Notes: a model not told the origin generated them from the sequence alone. 46,480 nucleotides of DNA from a candidate division WOR-3 bacterium (GCA_037444665.1 JBBILZ010000013.1:1-46480); one strand, 5' to 3'. Positions 30,202 through 40,465 are shown, numbered from the stretch's first letter. Program-made: numbers and translations.

Positions 30202-31241
30202 TATAACCTCCTTTTTTTCTTATCACCAAAATTTTCTGCAAAAAGTTTTTTTAGGTCTGGTGCCCGTTCTTTTTTACAGACCAGGACACCTTCTGGGCTT
30301 GCCACGACCACAAGCCCCTTAATACCATAGACCCTGACTGGCATATTATTAGTATATACAATTGAGCCTTCAATTTCAAGACCTAAAGCATTACCTAATA
30401 AGATATTATTTTTGTGGTCTTTTTTAAAATACCGTTCAATGGCAAGCCATGTTCCTACATCATCCCAGCCAAAATCAGATTTAATCACACATATTCTTTC
30501 ACTCTTTTCCATAATTCCATAATCAATGGAAATTGCGTTTATCTTTTCAAAGTATTTTTTATCTTTGTATTTGAGATATGCAGTAACACCAGCGAAAACA
30601 TCGGGAATATATTTTTTGATTTCATTCAGCACTGTGCTGATTTTGTATGTGAATATACCGCTATTCCAGAGATAATTTTTTGCCTTCAGATAACCCATTG
30701 CCTTTTTGCTTGATGGTTTTTCAGTAAATCCTTCACCCAGATAAGCAACAATCCCTTTGCGTGAGCCAATCACTTGACCGATTTTAATATAACCATAACC
30801 AGTTTCAGGCCTATCTGGAATAATACCATAGGTAACCAAAAAATCTTTTTCTGCCATATCCTCACCGGCTCGCAGACACTTGATGAATTGCTCTTTGTTT
30901 TGTATAATGTGGTCAGCAGGCATAATGTGTATAATCCCATCCCCAAACTTTTTCTGTAAATACATTGCCACAAGGCATATTGCAGGTGCGGTATTTTTTC
31001 TTGCTGGTTCAATTATGATATTTTCATTGCCCACAAATTTTCTGGTCATCCTGAGTAGTTGTTCGGGTATAACTAAAAATCTTTGCTTTTGGGTGAAAGA
31101 TTTTTTTATACGGTCAATGGTTTGATTGAGCAATGGCTTATTATTAAATAGAGCAATAAACTGTTTAGGAAAATCGGGTTGGCTCAGGGGCCAGAACCTT
31201 TCGCCCTGTCCGCCAGCAAGTATGATAGCAAATTTTCTAAT
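30201..31241 (-). CDS. manC: Mannose-1-phosphate guanylyltransferase; probable AUU start
   Basis: The frame extends upstream of the track start to (ATT)RKFAIILAGGQGERFWPLS...PKQF; also IEPARKNTAPA, MPADH, PETGYGYI, FTEKP, WNSGIF, SIDYGIME, WDDVGTW. SD AGGAG lies 6 nt before ATT 31241, with an in-frame TAA two codons upstream. Confidence 0.88.
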   Translation of the reverse strand: MRKFAIILAGGQGERFWPLSQPDFPKQFIALFNNKPLLNQTIDRIKKSFTQKQRFLVIPEQLLRMTRKFVGNENIIIEPARKNTAPAICLVAMYLQKKFGDGIIHIMPADHIIQNKEQFIKCLRAGEDMAEKDFLVTYGIIPDRPETGYGYIKIGQVIGSRKGIVAYLGEGFTEKPSSKKAMGYLKAKNYLWNSGIFTYKISTVLNEIKKYIPDVFAGVTAYLKYKDKKYFEKINAISIDYGIMEKSERICVIKSDFGWDDVGTWLAIERYFKKDHKNNILLGNALGLEIEGSIVYTNNMPVRVYGIKGLVVVASPEGVLVCKKERAPDLKKLFAENFGDKKKRRL

Positions 31242-31986
31242 AGCTTACTCCTGTTAGTTTAAAGGTTACTGTGCCGAACTTGAGGTTTGTCTTTATCTGA
31301 ATAGGAAATCTCTTGCTATCATCAGTATACCAGATATCCATTGAACCACTGGGTCCGAATACACCCTTACCCTTGGTCTGGGGCGTAACCCGAATTGCGG
31401 AAAATTTACCAAGTGGCGTTTTCACTATTTCTTTTTTCCTGACAATACATTCTATTATATGTTGTTCTTTTCCTTCAAAGAGTGCAATCCTTATTGTATC
31501 ACCTTGAATCAGGGCAATCCTTCTTAAAAGATACCAGAAACTGAGCAGGTCCCTTGATGGTTCGGTTATCACCACTTTGACCGTATCATTTACCTTTACA
31601 AAAAGACTCTCGCGATAGAAATGTATCTTATGGTAATTGATATACTTTCCTTCGTGCACCCTTTTTTCATAATAGACTGGTAGCAGTTCATTAACCGTGG
31701 TATATACATTTATGGTATCATTCAGGGAAAAGATAAAATGTAAATCAGGGTTAGAATTTAATCGGGAAGAGATGGCGTAGCACAATGTTCCATCAATTGT
31801 ATTTGTATCAGTAATTTCCAATTCCATACTACCCAAATTTAGAAAGCCAAATTTTGCATCATACTGGAGTCTTTCATTAAGAGGAAATGGATGATTAGAT
31901 TGAGCGATTAGAAGAATGGGCGTGCACAAGATAATAATTAATTTCAATATTTTTTTTCCACTATATGTTCCAGTGCGAGCAATCAT
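31237..31986 (-). CDS. DUF3108-like periplasmic/outer-membrane protein
   Basis: Signal peptide; ERLQYDAKFGFLNLG; DLLSFWYLLR; E.VKTPLGKF; IWYTDDSKRFPIQIK. Confidence 0.75.
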   Translation of the reverse strand: MIARTGTYSGKKILKLIIILCTPILLIAQSNHPFPLNERLQYDAKFGFLNLGSMELEITDTNTIDGTLCYAISSRLNSNPDLHFIFSLNDTINVYTTVNELLPVYYEKRVHEGKYINYHKIHFYRESLFVKVNDTVKVVITEPSRDLLSFWYLLRRIALIQGDTIRIALFEGKEQHIIECIVRKKEIVKTPLGKFSAIRVTPQTKGKGVFGPSGSMDIWYTDDSKRFPIQIKTNLKFGTVTFKLTGVSY

Positions 31987-31996
31987 TTCTATTATT

Positions 31997-32902
31997 TTAT
32001 ATTACGAGGGTATTTAGTCGATCAATGCGTTTATCAAGTGGTGGATGTGTTGCAAAAAGGTTTGCAATCTCAGCGCGGTCCTTACCAAACGGACTGGAGA
32101 TGAAGAGGTGGGCATTTGATTGTGATGCCTTTGCCATTGGCTGATAACTCTGTTTTAGTTTATTTAATGCCTGGGCAAGTCCCTGAGGATACCTCGTAAT
32201 ATAGGCACCTGAGGCATCAGCGAGATATTCACGCTGACGGGATATTGCTGCCCTTATCAACGCAACAAACAATGGTGCGATGATGGCGAGGACAAGACCG
32301 ATAAGTAAGAGAATCGCTCCACTATTACCACCCCGACGGCTATTCCTTTTTCTTCCACCAAAAAACATTCCCCTCAGAAAGAAATCACGCAAGAGCACAA
32401 TGAGACCACCAATTGCTGCGACCACGGTCATCAAAAGAATATCATAATTTCTGATATGTGCCATTTCATGGGCAATTACGCCCTGGAGTTCTTCGCGGTT
32501 CATAATCTCAAGTAATCCAGTAGTTACTGCGATAGATGCATTCTGGGGATTCCTTCCTGTGGCAAACGCATTTGGTGCAGGAGAAGGCATTATATAGACT
32601 TTGGGTTTTGGAATGCCTGCGGCAATTGCTACCTCTTCAACAATATTATGGAGCTGTTTGAACTCTTCAGGGTCAGCAGGAACAGAGCCAGTAGATGCGA
32701 TGGCAATCTTATCAGAATTATAGTAGAGGACAAAATTGTAGATGACGATGAAGAGGGCAAAGAATATATAACCAGATGTGCCCCAGTTTAACAATTCCAC
32801 GACAATATAGCCTAATATGCCGAGGAAGATGCTCGTGACAATGATAAAGATAAATGTCTTTCTTTTGTTTGCAGCAATCAGGTCGTATAAATTTTCTCGC
32901 AT
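31997..32902 (-). CDS. htpX: M48 zinc metalloprotease, HtpX-like
   Basis: [39 protein letters not shown]; adjacent to lemA. Confidence 0.92.
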   Translation of the reverse strand: MRENLYDLIAANKRKTFIFIIVTSIFLGILGYIVVELLNWGTSGYIFFALFIVIYNFVLYYNSDKIAIASTGSVPADPEEFKQLHNIVEEVAIAAGIPKPKVYIMPSPAPNAFATGRNPQNASIAVTTGLLEIMNREELQGVIAHEMAHIRNYDILLMTVVAAIGGLIVLLRDFFLRGMFFGGRKRNSRRGGNSGAILLLIGLVLAIIAPLFVALIRAAISRQREYLADASGAYITRYPQGLAQALNKLKQSYQPMAKASQSNAHLFISSPFGKDRAEIANLFATHPPLDKRIDRLNTLVI

Positions 32903-32903
32903 C

Positions 32904-33446
32904 TTAGAATTTTACTTTTACTGCTTCCCTTTCTTCTGCCGGTGCCTCAAAGAATTCCCTTGCCTTAAAATTGAACATTGAGGCAATTATTGTTTGAGGG
33001 AATTTTTGAATCGTGGCATTGTAATCCATAACTACATCATTATAGAACTGACGGGCAAAGGCAATCTTATTCTCAGTTGCGGTCAATTCTTCCTGTAACC
33101 TCATAAAGTTTTCATTCGCTTTGAGTTGTGGATAGTTTTCGGCAACTGCAAAGAGGGTCTTTAATGTTGCAGAAAGCATATTATTGGCTTCGGCAGACTC
33201 TTTTGGGCTTGTTGCACCCATTGCCCGTGAACGTAATTCTGCAACCTTTTCCAGAACCTCTTTTTCATGTGCCGCATAGCCTTTTACTGTTTCAACCAGA
33301 TTAGGGATTAAGTCATAGCGGCGTTTTAATTGCACATCAATCTGTGCCCAACCATTATCCACCCTGGTTCTTTTGACGACCAGGCTATTGTAAATAGCGA
33401 TGATCCAGATAACCAGCAGGATAATGATAATCAAAAGTATTATCAT
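32904..33446 (-). CDS. lemA: LemA family protein
   Basis: N-terminal [53 protein letters not shown]. Confidence 0.96.
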   Translation of the reverse strand: MIILLIIIILLVIWIIAIYNSLVVKRTRVDNGWAQIDVQLKRRYDLIPNLVETVKGYAAHEKEVLEKVAELRSRAMGATSPKESAEANNMLSATLKTLFAVAENYPQLKANENFMRLQEELTATENKIAFARQFYNDVVMDYNATIQKFPQTIIASMFNFKAREFFEAPAEEREAVKVKF

Positions 33447-33464
33447 TGAACCTCCATTTTTATT

Positions 33465-33492
33465 AGTTTATATAAATTTAGAAGGTTGTCAA
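33465..33492 (-). promoter_or_regulatory. Promoter TTGACA-N16-TAAACT for the lemA-htpX operon
   Basis: Back-to-back with the divergent promoter at 33500. Confidence 0.6.
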
Positions 33493-33499
33493 CTGGGTA

Positions 33500-33527
33500 T
33501 TGACATCTTCCAATTTTTGGATAGACT
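33500..33527 (+). promoter_or_regulatory. Promoter TTGACA-N16-TAGACT for the HD-GYP gene
   Basis: The TTG used as start by the ORF track is the -35 box; ATG follows at 33539. Confidence 0.6.
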
Positions 33528-33538
33528 TAAATCTTAAA

Positions 33539-34861
33539 ATGACCCCGTCCCTATTTACTCTACCGGTATTTGTGATTTTGTTGTTTTTGAATATTGGTTT
33601 ATTGTATTTATGTGTATATATTAAAAATGAGAGGAAGTATTGCCGGGTAATACCATTCTTTATTTGTGGCTTAGTGACTGTTGGCATTCAATTAATGATT
33701 GAACTTAATAATGACCCGGCAGCAGGTATATTTTTGTCAAAATTACAATATGTTTTTTTCTGGGCGTATTTTATTTTTGCACCGATGCTGGTCAGCGCCC
33801 TGACTGATGAGGAACTACATTCCAAACTTATCCATATATTTTTATTTTTCGCAATAGTTACCGGGTTCTTGACGATATTTTCAGATTTAATAATCACTTC
33901 AAAATTACTCGTTTATAATGGTCTTTTTATTGCAAAGACTGGAATATTATATCCATTTATCGCATCCCTGCTCTTTATTCTGTGTATATATTATTATGCT
34001 AAATTTATGAAATTTACCAATACCCTCATAAACCCTGAACTTCGTTTTATTATGCCTATAGGACTTGGTCTCTGTATAATTTCAGGGATGTTAGACTATG
34101 CCGGAAAATTGAATGGAACTCCAATAATTCACTGGCTTAAAGACCCGTCCTCAATTGGTATGCTTTCAATTTCGCTGTCGTTCGGTGCTTTTATTCTATT
34201 CAGTTATTCTCAAATAATCTCTGATTACCGAAAATCCCTGAATGAAGTTGAACAACTTTTACAGAAAAATTCCCAAACTTTCAATGAATTTGTTCGGCTT
34301 ATTGCCAAAACCATTGATGCCAAGGATAAATATACTGCTGGACACTCTATGAGGGTGGCAGAATATGCAGTAAGGATTGCCCGGGTATTGAACCTGGAAC
34401 ACGAACAGATTGAAATTTTACACCAGGCGTGCCTTTTACACGATATTGGTAAGATTGGTATTCCAGATGGTATCCTCAATAAAAAGGCACCATTAAATAA
34501 AAAAGACCGTATGTTTATCTATAATCATCCTGAACTTGGAAAAAAGATATTGGGCCAGGTGAGTGAGTTTCAAAATATCCTTGATATAATTTATGCCCAT
34601 CATGAAAGGGTTGATGGAACAGGGTATCCTAATGGCTTAAAAAAAGAAGAGATTCCCTTACTCGCAAGGATTCTTGCTGTAGCAGATGCCTATGATGCGA
34701 TGCTTTCAGAAAGGCCCTATCGTCCTGCAAAGACAAAACTTGAGGCAATAAAAGAATTGCTCAATGCAAAAGACCGGCAATTTGATGCACAGATTGTGGA
34801 TAAATTTATTGATATGCTATGCCAGGAAAATAATTTTTTAACGAATAATTTCTCTGATTAG
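33539..34861 (+). CDS. Membrane-bound HD-GYP c-di-GMP phosphodiesterase
   Basis: About 7 TM helices, then IDAKDKYTAGHS, LLHDIGKIG, HHERVDGTGYP, ADAYDAM, RPYR. The 3' end overlaps convergent pdp by 24 nt. Confidence 0.92.
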   Translation: MTPSLFTLPVFVILLFLNIGLLYLCVYIKNERKYCRVIPFFICGLVTVGIQLMIELNNDPAAGIFLSKLQYVFFWAYFIFAPMLVSALTDEELHSKLIHIFLFFAIVTGFLTIFSDLIITSKLLVYNGLFIAKTGILYPFIASLLFILCIYYYAKFMKFTNTLINPELRFIMPIGLGLCIISGMLDYAGKLNGTPIIHWLKDPSSIGMLSISLSFGAFILFSYSQIISDYRKSLNEVEQLLQKNSQTFNEFVRLIAKTIDAKDKYTAGHSMRVAEYAVRIARVLNLEHEQIEILHQACLLHDIGKIGIPDGILNKKAPLNKKDRMFIYNHPELGKKILGQVSEFQNILDIIYAHHERVDGTGYPNGLKKEEIPLLARILAVADAYDAMLSERPYRPAKTKLEAIKELLNAKDRQFDAQIVDKFIDMLCQENNFLTNNFSD

Positions 34862-36136
34862 TGTATAACTCTTTCTAAAATTTTGTTTTATCAGGAATAT
34901 ACCCGGTATCTCTTTGAGGATTTCGGCTACAAGGTGTTTATTATCAGAAAATATCTCCAGAAGGGGCTCTTTTTTATTTACAAAATCTCCGGTCTTTTTA
35001 TATATACGGAAACCACACGAATGGTCTATCTGGTCTCCTTTTTTTAATCTACCCGCACCCAATTTTGTGGCAAGGAGTCCCAGTTTAAAAGTATTGATGC
35101 TATGTATATAGCCAGTCTTTTTTGAGGTATATATTTCACGATTTGAGGCAATTGGTAATATTGTATAATCGTCAATTATTTTGCAATCACCACCCTGGTA
35201 TTCAATCATTTCCCTGAATTTATTTAATGCCTCACCATTGTTGATCTTTTTTATAAGTAGTTGTCTCCCACCTTTTATCCCGGCAATCTGTAAAATTATT
35301 TCCGCAAGTGTAAATGTAATTTCCATTAAATCATCAGGGCTTTTGCCTTTTAGACATTCAATTGTCTCTAACACTTCCAGAGAATTTCCAATATACGAAC
35401 CAAGGGGATTATTCATATCAGTCAACACTGCAATTGTCTTGACCCCAAATTTTTTACCTATCTCTACCAGAAATTGGCTCAGTTCTTTTGCCTTTTTATA
35501 ATCTTTCATAAATGCGCCATTGCCAAATTTTACATCCAGAATAAGTCCATCAAGGTCTTCAGCAAGTTTTTTTGACATTATGCTGGCACAAATTAAAGGG
35601 ATTGATTCAACAGTTGCCGTGACATCACGGAGGGCATAGATTTTTTTATCCGCAGGAACAATATCATCGGTCTGTCCAATGATTCCTAATCCAATCTCTT
35701 TTAATTGTTTCTTAAACTCTTTTATGCCCAAATCTGTTCTAAAATTGGGAATAGATTCAAGTTTATCAAGTGTTCCACCAGTATGGCCCAAACTTCTGCC
35801 TGAAATCATTGGCACACAAACTCCACAGGAACCAACGAGTGGTGCGAGAATTAATGAAACCTTATCACCGACACCGCCTGTAGAATGTTTGTCTACTTTT
35901 GGTTTTTTTATGTCGGATAAATCAAGGACCTTTCCAGAAAAGAGCATCGCCTTTGTCAAATATGAAGTTTCTGTAAAGTCCATACTCTGGAAATATACTG
36001 CCATCAAAAAGGCAGAAAATTGATAATCAGGAATAACGCCCGCAGTATATCCCTTTATTAAAAATTCAATCTCCTTTTCTGTAAGTTTTCTGCCACCCCT
36101 TTTTTTGTATAAGATATCAAGAAAATTGTAGCCCAT
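34838..36136 (-). CDS. pdp: Pyrimidine-nucleoside / thymidine phosphorylase
   Basis: DKHSTGGVGDK, SGRSLGHTGGTLDKLES, YALRDVTATV, SIMSKKLAE, LDVKFGNGAFM. Confidence 0.96.
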   Translation of the reverse strand: MGYNFLDILYKKRGGRKLTEKEIEFLIKGYTAGVIPDYQFSAFLMAVYFQSMDFTETSYLTKAMLFSGKVLDLSDIKKPKVDKHSTGGVGDKVSLILAPLVGSCGVCVPMISGRSLGHTGGTLDKLESIPNFRTDLGIKEFKKQLKEIGLGIIGQTDDIVPADKKIYALRDVTATVESIPLICASIMSKKLAEDLDGLILDVKFGNGAFMKDYKKAKELSQFLVEIGKKFGVKTIAVLTDMNNPLGSYIGNSLEVLETIECLKGKSPDDLMEITFTLAEIILQIAGIKGGRQLLIKKINNGEALNKFREMIEYQGGDCKIIDDYTILPIASNREIYTSKKTGYIHSINTFKLGLLATKLGAGRLKKGDQIDHSCGFRIYKKTGDFVNKKEPLLEIFSDNKHLVAEILKEIPGIFLIKQNFRKSYTLIREIIR

Positions 36137-36175
36137 TAATTTATTATCAACATACTACACATTAATAATAGATTT

Positions 36176-36625
36176 TCAGAAATGACGTTCAAATCCTTTT
36201 TTCTTATGGGGTATGAATTTTTCAAGTATAATTTTATTATCTCTTTTGCGATAATATGCCCTGAATGAAAAAGAAACATAGAAATGGTAGAGGTCATCCA
36301 TTTCTTTAATCTGCACGTCGCCCAGGCCACTACTCGGAATTTTGTAAACAACCTTGGTCAGGGCATCAATGAACTGCCTTTTCAATGGCATGGTGGTGCA
36401 ATATTTTGTAACCGATTTTAAGAATTTTTCTGTATATTCAAATTCAAGTGGTTTTTCAAGTACATTATGGTATTGCTGCATCGCAGGGCTGATTTTAAAA
36501 TATAATTCAACACATTTTTTTAAATCGGGCCAGGCTTCGCACGGTGGTATGTCTGGCTCAGGTTCATCTTCAATCTTTATCTGCCTCAGCCGGTTATACA
36601 GATATTTTTTTACGCTATCTTTCAC
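36176..36625 (-). CDS. Hypothetical protein; C-terminal half RelE/ParE-like by eye
   Basis: 149-aa ORF; GTG start 6 nt after a TAGAAT -10 box; C-terminal LYHFYVSFSFRAYY...IILEKFIPH pattern. Confidence 0.6.
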   Translation of the reverse strand: MKDSVKKYLYNRLRQIKIEDEPEPDIPPCEAWPDLKKCVELYFKISPAMQQYHNVLEKPLEFEYTEKFLKSVTKYCTTMPLKRQFIDALTKVVYKIPSSGLGDVQIKEMDDLYHFYVSFSFRAYYRKRDNKIILEKFIPHKKKGFERHF

Positions 36626-36631
36626 GGATTT

Positions 36632-36659
36632 ATTCTATACAAAAATATTAAGTTGTCAA
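36632..36659 (-). promoter_or_regulatory. Promoter TTGACA-N16-TAGAAT, probably leaderless
   Basis: Near-consensus hexamers; GTG 6 nt downstream; no SD. Confidence 0.7.
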
Positions 36660-36676
36660 GACGGATACGGAGATTT

Positions 36677-36750
36677 GAAGTTGAGTGGTTGCGTGGATAT
36701 GAAGATGAGAGGTAGGAGGGAGTAAGGAGTAGGTAGTAAGTAGTAGGTAG
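36677..36750 (+). repeat. Dispersed intergenic repeat, copy 2 (with 4 extra heptamers)
   Basis: gaagttgagtggttgcgtggatatgaagat [gagaggt aggaggg agtaagg agtaggt] agtaagtagtaggtag. Confidence 0.75.
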
Positions 36751-36983
36751 CTACGACTTGAAAAGGCGAGAGTTCTCGTCCATGCCCAATAACTATTGAC
36801 TATTCTGTTAATCGTCTTTTGTTATACGGTTACGCAGCTCGTTTCGTCAATCGTCAAGAGAATATCGTATTTCAAAAGTATTCAGAGACTGAAGAAGATT
36901 TTCGGATAGGGATGATTTTATCTTTGACAAAGGTGAAAGATAAAGCAGAAAAGTAGCGAGGGCACAGCGCGATTATGTAATGA

Positions 36984-37011
36984 TTGACAAATGCGGACAT
37001 ATGAATATAAT
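36984..37011 (+). promoter_or_regulatory. selC promoter TTGACA-N16-TATAAT
   Basis: Perfect hexamers about 66 nt upstream of the tRNA. Confidence 0.75.
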
Positions 37012-37077
37012 AAGTTTAGCAGGATAAACTGTTATTTATAATCTGTAAACAGTATTGAGAAAATCTAAATATAATGG

Positions 37078-37171
37078 GGAGGCGGATGGGTGCTGGTGTG
37101 CCTGACGGGCTTCAAACCCGGTTGTCCTTCGAAAGGGGGACGGTAGGTTCGATTCCTACACGCCTCCGCCA
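37078..37171 (+). tRNA. selC: tRNA-Sec (anticodon UCA)
   Basis: Acceptor GGAGGCG/CGCCTCC (plus G.A); 6-bp D stem with TGGT loop; anticodon loop CTTCAAA (TCA at 37112-37114); 8-bp variable arm with GAAA loop; T arm GTAGG-TTCGATT-CCTAC; discriminator G and encoded CCA; next to selB/selA. Confidence 0.97.
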
Positions 37172-39078
37172 ATGCCTAAAACACGGACTTCTCCCCGTTT
37201 AATGGTAATACCTTTTGTGTCAAAATAGATTAAAAGGGGCAGGGCATACTTTCTGCTGGCATTGATTAAATCACGGAAATCAGCAACCCTTATCTCTTTA
37301 TGTTCTTTTAAAAAATTGATTAATTTTGTTTTTGCACTTTCCAGCATACTCTTGTGAAAGGCAATACCTTCACCAACAAAAATCAGTGTGCCATTATCAA
37401 GCAAATAGCGGTAAGCCTTTTTTATTAAATCAGCAGATCCGATTTTCTGTTCTATTAAAACTTCAATTTCTGGTGGCTGAAATCTGGCATCTAAAAATAT
37501 CTTTTCTATTTGCTGAACCATTTGTTCTAGTTCTTTATTTAATGCGACCTTGAAATCATAAAGGCTAATCTTTCCATCTTCACTGATATTAATTTTCTGT
37601 TCTTGTTTTAATTGGTTGATTGCAAAATTAAATAGGCTATTATCCAATCCCCTGGGAAGATGTGTTGTCAATGTAAGCCTGGGTATTCCTAAATATGTGG
37701 GATTATTGTGATGATAATCTTTTATGATTTCAAGAATTTTATTCTTTAATGCTGTGAAGTTTTTCTGACTGAAATATAATTCTTTTTTTTCATCAATTAC
37801 AATAACCGCATTTCGGTTTAACAATTCTCTAATCACATTTTTCACTGTTTCTGGATTAAGATTTACATCTTTCGCAATGTCTTCAACTCTTCTGGGTATG
37901 GTATAATTTTGATTCAGGTCTTCTTCCACAAGCACAAGCGGGTCCTGGGTCTCTATTTTTTGTAAATGTTCAAGAATCTTCTCATCAAATTCCTTAATCT
38001 TTTCTGCCCTCGGTTCTAAGATTACCCCACCACCAATTGTCATCGCCGGTGTATAACTGCGGATTACAAATCTATCTCCAATATCACATACTGCTGGTGT
38101 TTCTAAGCGAAACTGGACCATTGCCTTTTCACCTGGTTCAATACTCTTTTTTTCCAGAATGACGACCCGTCCCAGGACTTCGCTCGTGCCGATATGGATT
38201 CTTACTCTGGTAAAGGTTTTTAAACCTGGGGCAGAGTTTAAAAGATATAAAGAACCATTCATATATAAAGAGGGTTCAAAGTATCCGGGTTGGGCAATTA
38301 CATTTCCCCTTTCAATCTCCTCTTTTTCCGCACCAACAATATTTATTGCTGCGCGATAACCTGTTCCTACCTCTTCAACTTTTTTATTATGCACCTCAAT
38401 TCCCCGGATTTTTAACTGTTTTTTGTGTGGTAAAAGTTCTACAGTATCACCGATTTTAATCTTCCCGGAAAGAATGGTTCCAGCAATTACTGTGCCAAAG
38501 CCCTTCATTGTAAAACAACGGTCAATAGGCATATAGAAAATTTTCTTATCCTGCTTTGTTTCAATTTTATTGATCAATTCATTTAAAATAATTTTTAATT
38601 TATCAATGCCTTCGCCAGTGGTATTTGATACGGGTATTATTGGTGCATCCTGCAGAAAAGATTCTCTGGTTAGATTATTGATATCTTCGATAACTGTATC
38701 CAGGTGTTCTTTTTTTACAAGGTCAATCTTGGTGACAACAATCACACCTTTCTTTATCTGGAGCAATTTTAATATCTCAAAATGTTCAATGGTCTGGGGC
38801 ATAACACCATCATCAGCAGCAATGACAAATATCACAAAATCTATAGTGCTCGCACCGGCAAGCATATGTCTAACAAATTTTTCATGTCCGGGAACATCAA
38901 TGATTGTTACATCGTCACCATAAAAGGCAAAACCTAAGTCTGTTGTCATGCCCCGCTCTTTTTCTTCTTTCAAACGGTCCGGGTCTGTTCCAGTTAAAGA
39001 CTTTATGAGTGCACTCTTACCATGGTCAATATGACCGGCAGTGCCAATGACAATATGTTTTCTGGGTAATTCACTCAT
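37156..39078 (-). CDS. selB: Selenocysteine-specific translation elongation factor SelB
   Basis: [42 protein letters not shown]-terminal winged helix [12 protein letters not shown] 39078 overlaps the selA stop (ATGAGTGA). Confidence 0.97.
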   Translation of the reverse strand: MSELPRKHIVIGTAGHIDHGKSALIKSLTGTDPDRLKEEKERGMTTDLGFAFYGDDVTIIDVPGHEKFVRHMLAGASTIDFVIFVIAADDGVMPQTIEHFEILKLLQIKKGVIVVTKIDLVKKEHLDTVIEDINNLTRESFLQDAPIIPVSNTTGEGIDKLKIILNELINKIETKQDKKIFYMPIDRCFTMKGFGTVIAGTILSGKIKIGDTVELLPHKKQLKIRGIEVHNKKVEEVGTGYRAAINIVGAEKEEIERGNVIAQPGYFEPSLYMNGSLYLLNSAPGLKTFTRVRIHIGTSEVLGRVVILEKKSIEPGEKAMVQFRLETPAVCDIGDRFVIRSYTPAMTIGGGVILEPRAEKIKEFDEKILEHLQKIETQDPLVLVEEDLNQNYTIPRRVEDIAKDVNLNPETVKNVIRELLNRNAVIVIDEKKELYFSQKNFTALKNKILEIIKDYHHNNPTYLGIPRLTLTTHLPRGLDNSLFNFAINQLKQEQKINISEDGKISLYDFKVALNKELEQMVQQIEKIFLDARFQPPEIEVLIEQKIGSADLIKKAYRYLLDNGTLIFVGEGIAFHKSMLESAKTKLINFLKEHKEIRVADFRDLINASRKYALPLLIYFDTKGITIKRGEVRVLGIGGGV

Positions 39079-40459
39079 TTTTTGCAAGAATATTATACAA
39101 TGCTTCAGCAATTATTTTTTCTTCACCCTTTAAAACGGTTCGGAAATCAATCAAATAATAATCCTGCTCAATCCTGCCAAATATTGGTGGTTTATAGAGT
39201 CGCATAAGTCGGGCAAGTTTCTCTACTGTTATCTTATTTGATTTGACCGCAAGGACATAGGTGGGTAATTGTTCAGTGCTGAGTGAACCACCACCGATTT
39301 CAGAGACCGAAGATTTTATTTCAAATTTAATATCAGGTATAGACGCAATCCTTTTTGCACATACCCGTGCCTGTTTTTTTATTTCCTCAAGCGGTTTTAA
39401 TAACAATGAGATAACAGTATGTTTTTTTAATATTTCTTCTTCCTTTCTTAAAAATAATTGGAGCGTTGCCTCAAGCACTGAACTTGTTAATTTATCACAT
39501 CTCAATGCCCTTGTAAGGGGATTCTTTTTTATCCGTTCAATATAGTCCTTTTTTCCAATGATTATACCGCACTGTGGACCACCAATGAGTTTATCGCCGC
39601 TAAAACAGACAATATCTGCACCGGCTTTTATACTATCCTGAACCATTGGCTCCTTTGGCAAATTATACTTTGAAAAATCAATTAATGCACCACTGCCGAG
39701 GTCATCAATGACTGGTAGATTATGTTTCTTTCCAAGTGCAACAAGTTCTTCAAGGGGAACCTCTTTTGTAAAGCCCATAATACGATAATTTGACTGGTGT
39801 ACGCGTAATATCGCCGCAGTATTTTCATTTATTGCCGATTCATAATCTTTCAAATGCGTGCGATTGGTTGTCCCTACTTCACGCAATATTGCACCACTCT
39901 GCGCCATTACATCAGGGACCCTGAAAGAACCACCAATCTCAATCAATTGTCCACGGGAAATGATAATCTCTTTACCTTTTCCAATGGTATTTAAAATCAA
40001 TAGTGTTGCACCCGCATTGTTATTTACAAAGATGCCTGCCTCAGCGCCAGTAATAATCTGGAGTAGTTTGTTTATTTTTTTGTAACGGTCAGCCCTTTTT
40101 CCCTCTTCATCAATCTGGAGACAGGAATAACCAATACTGATAGATTTCAGTGCATCTGTAACACCATTTACAAATGGTGCCCTTCCCAATCCAGTATGGA
40201 GCACAATACCCAAACCATTTATTGCATAGGAAAAATATGGAGTAATAAACTCATTTAATTCGTTAATAATTGCATTTTTGAAATCTTCAATGGTAATTTT
40301 TTTTCCAGCGATTATCTGTTTTCTAATTTCGTCGGTTTTATTGCGAATGATTGAGACTAAGTATGAATGATCTAATTTTTCCGCAAAATCCTGCAATTCT
40401 TTATAATTTAAGATTTTATCTATGGATGGTATATCCTTTAATTCTTTAATTTCTGGCAT
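39071..40459 (-). CDS. selA: L-seryl-tRNA(Sec) selenium transferase SelA
   Basis: IN.LGIVLHTGLGRAP, VNNNA, SRGQLIEIGGSFRVP, EVGTTNRT, DLGSG, FSGDKLIGGPQ (PLP Lys), RALRCDK. Confidence 0.98.
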   Translation of the reverse strand: MPEIKELKDIPSIDKILNYKELQDFAEKLDHSYLVSIIRNKTDEIRKQIIAGKKITIEDFKNAIINELNEFITPYFSYAINGLGIVLHTGLGRAPFVNGVTDALKSISIGYSCLQIDEEGKRADRYKKINKLLQIITGAEAGIFVNNNAGATLLILNTIGKGKEIIISRGQLIEIGGSFRVPDVMAQSGAILREVGTTNRTHLKDYESAINENTAAILRVHQSNYRIMGFTKEVPLEELVALGKKHNLPVIDDLGSGALIDFSKYNLPKEPMVQDSIKAGADIVCFSGDKLIGGPQCGIIIGKKDYIERIKKNPLTRALRCDKLTSSVLEATLQLFLRKEEEILKKHTVISLLLKPLEEIKKQARVCAKRIASIPDIKFEIKSSVSEIGGGSLSTEQLPTYVLAVKSNKITVEKLARLMRLYKPPIFGRIEQDYYLIDFRTVLKGEEKIIAEALYNILAKNE

Positions 40460-40465
40460 TATTTG

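Noticed and set aside
34838..34861. 24-nt convergent overlap of HD-GYP and pdp
   Set aside because: Short tail-to-tail overlaps are common in compact genomes; no further signal.
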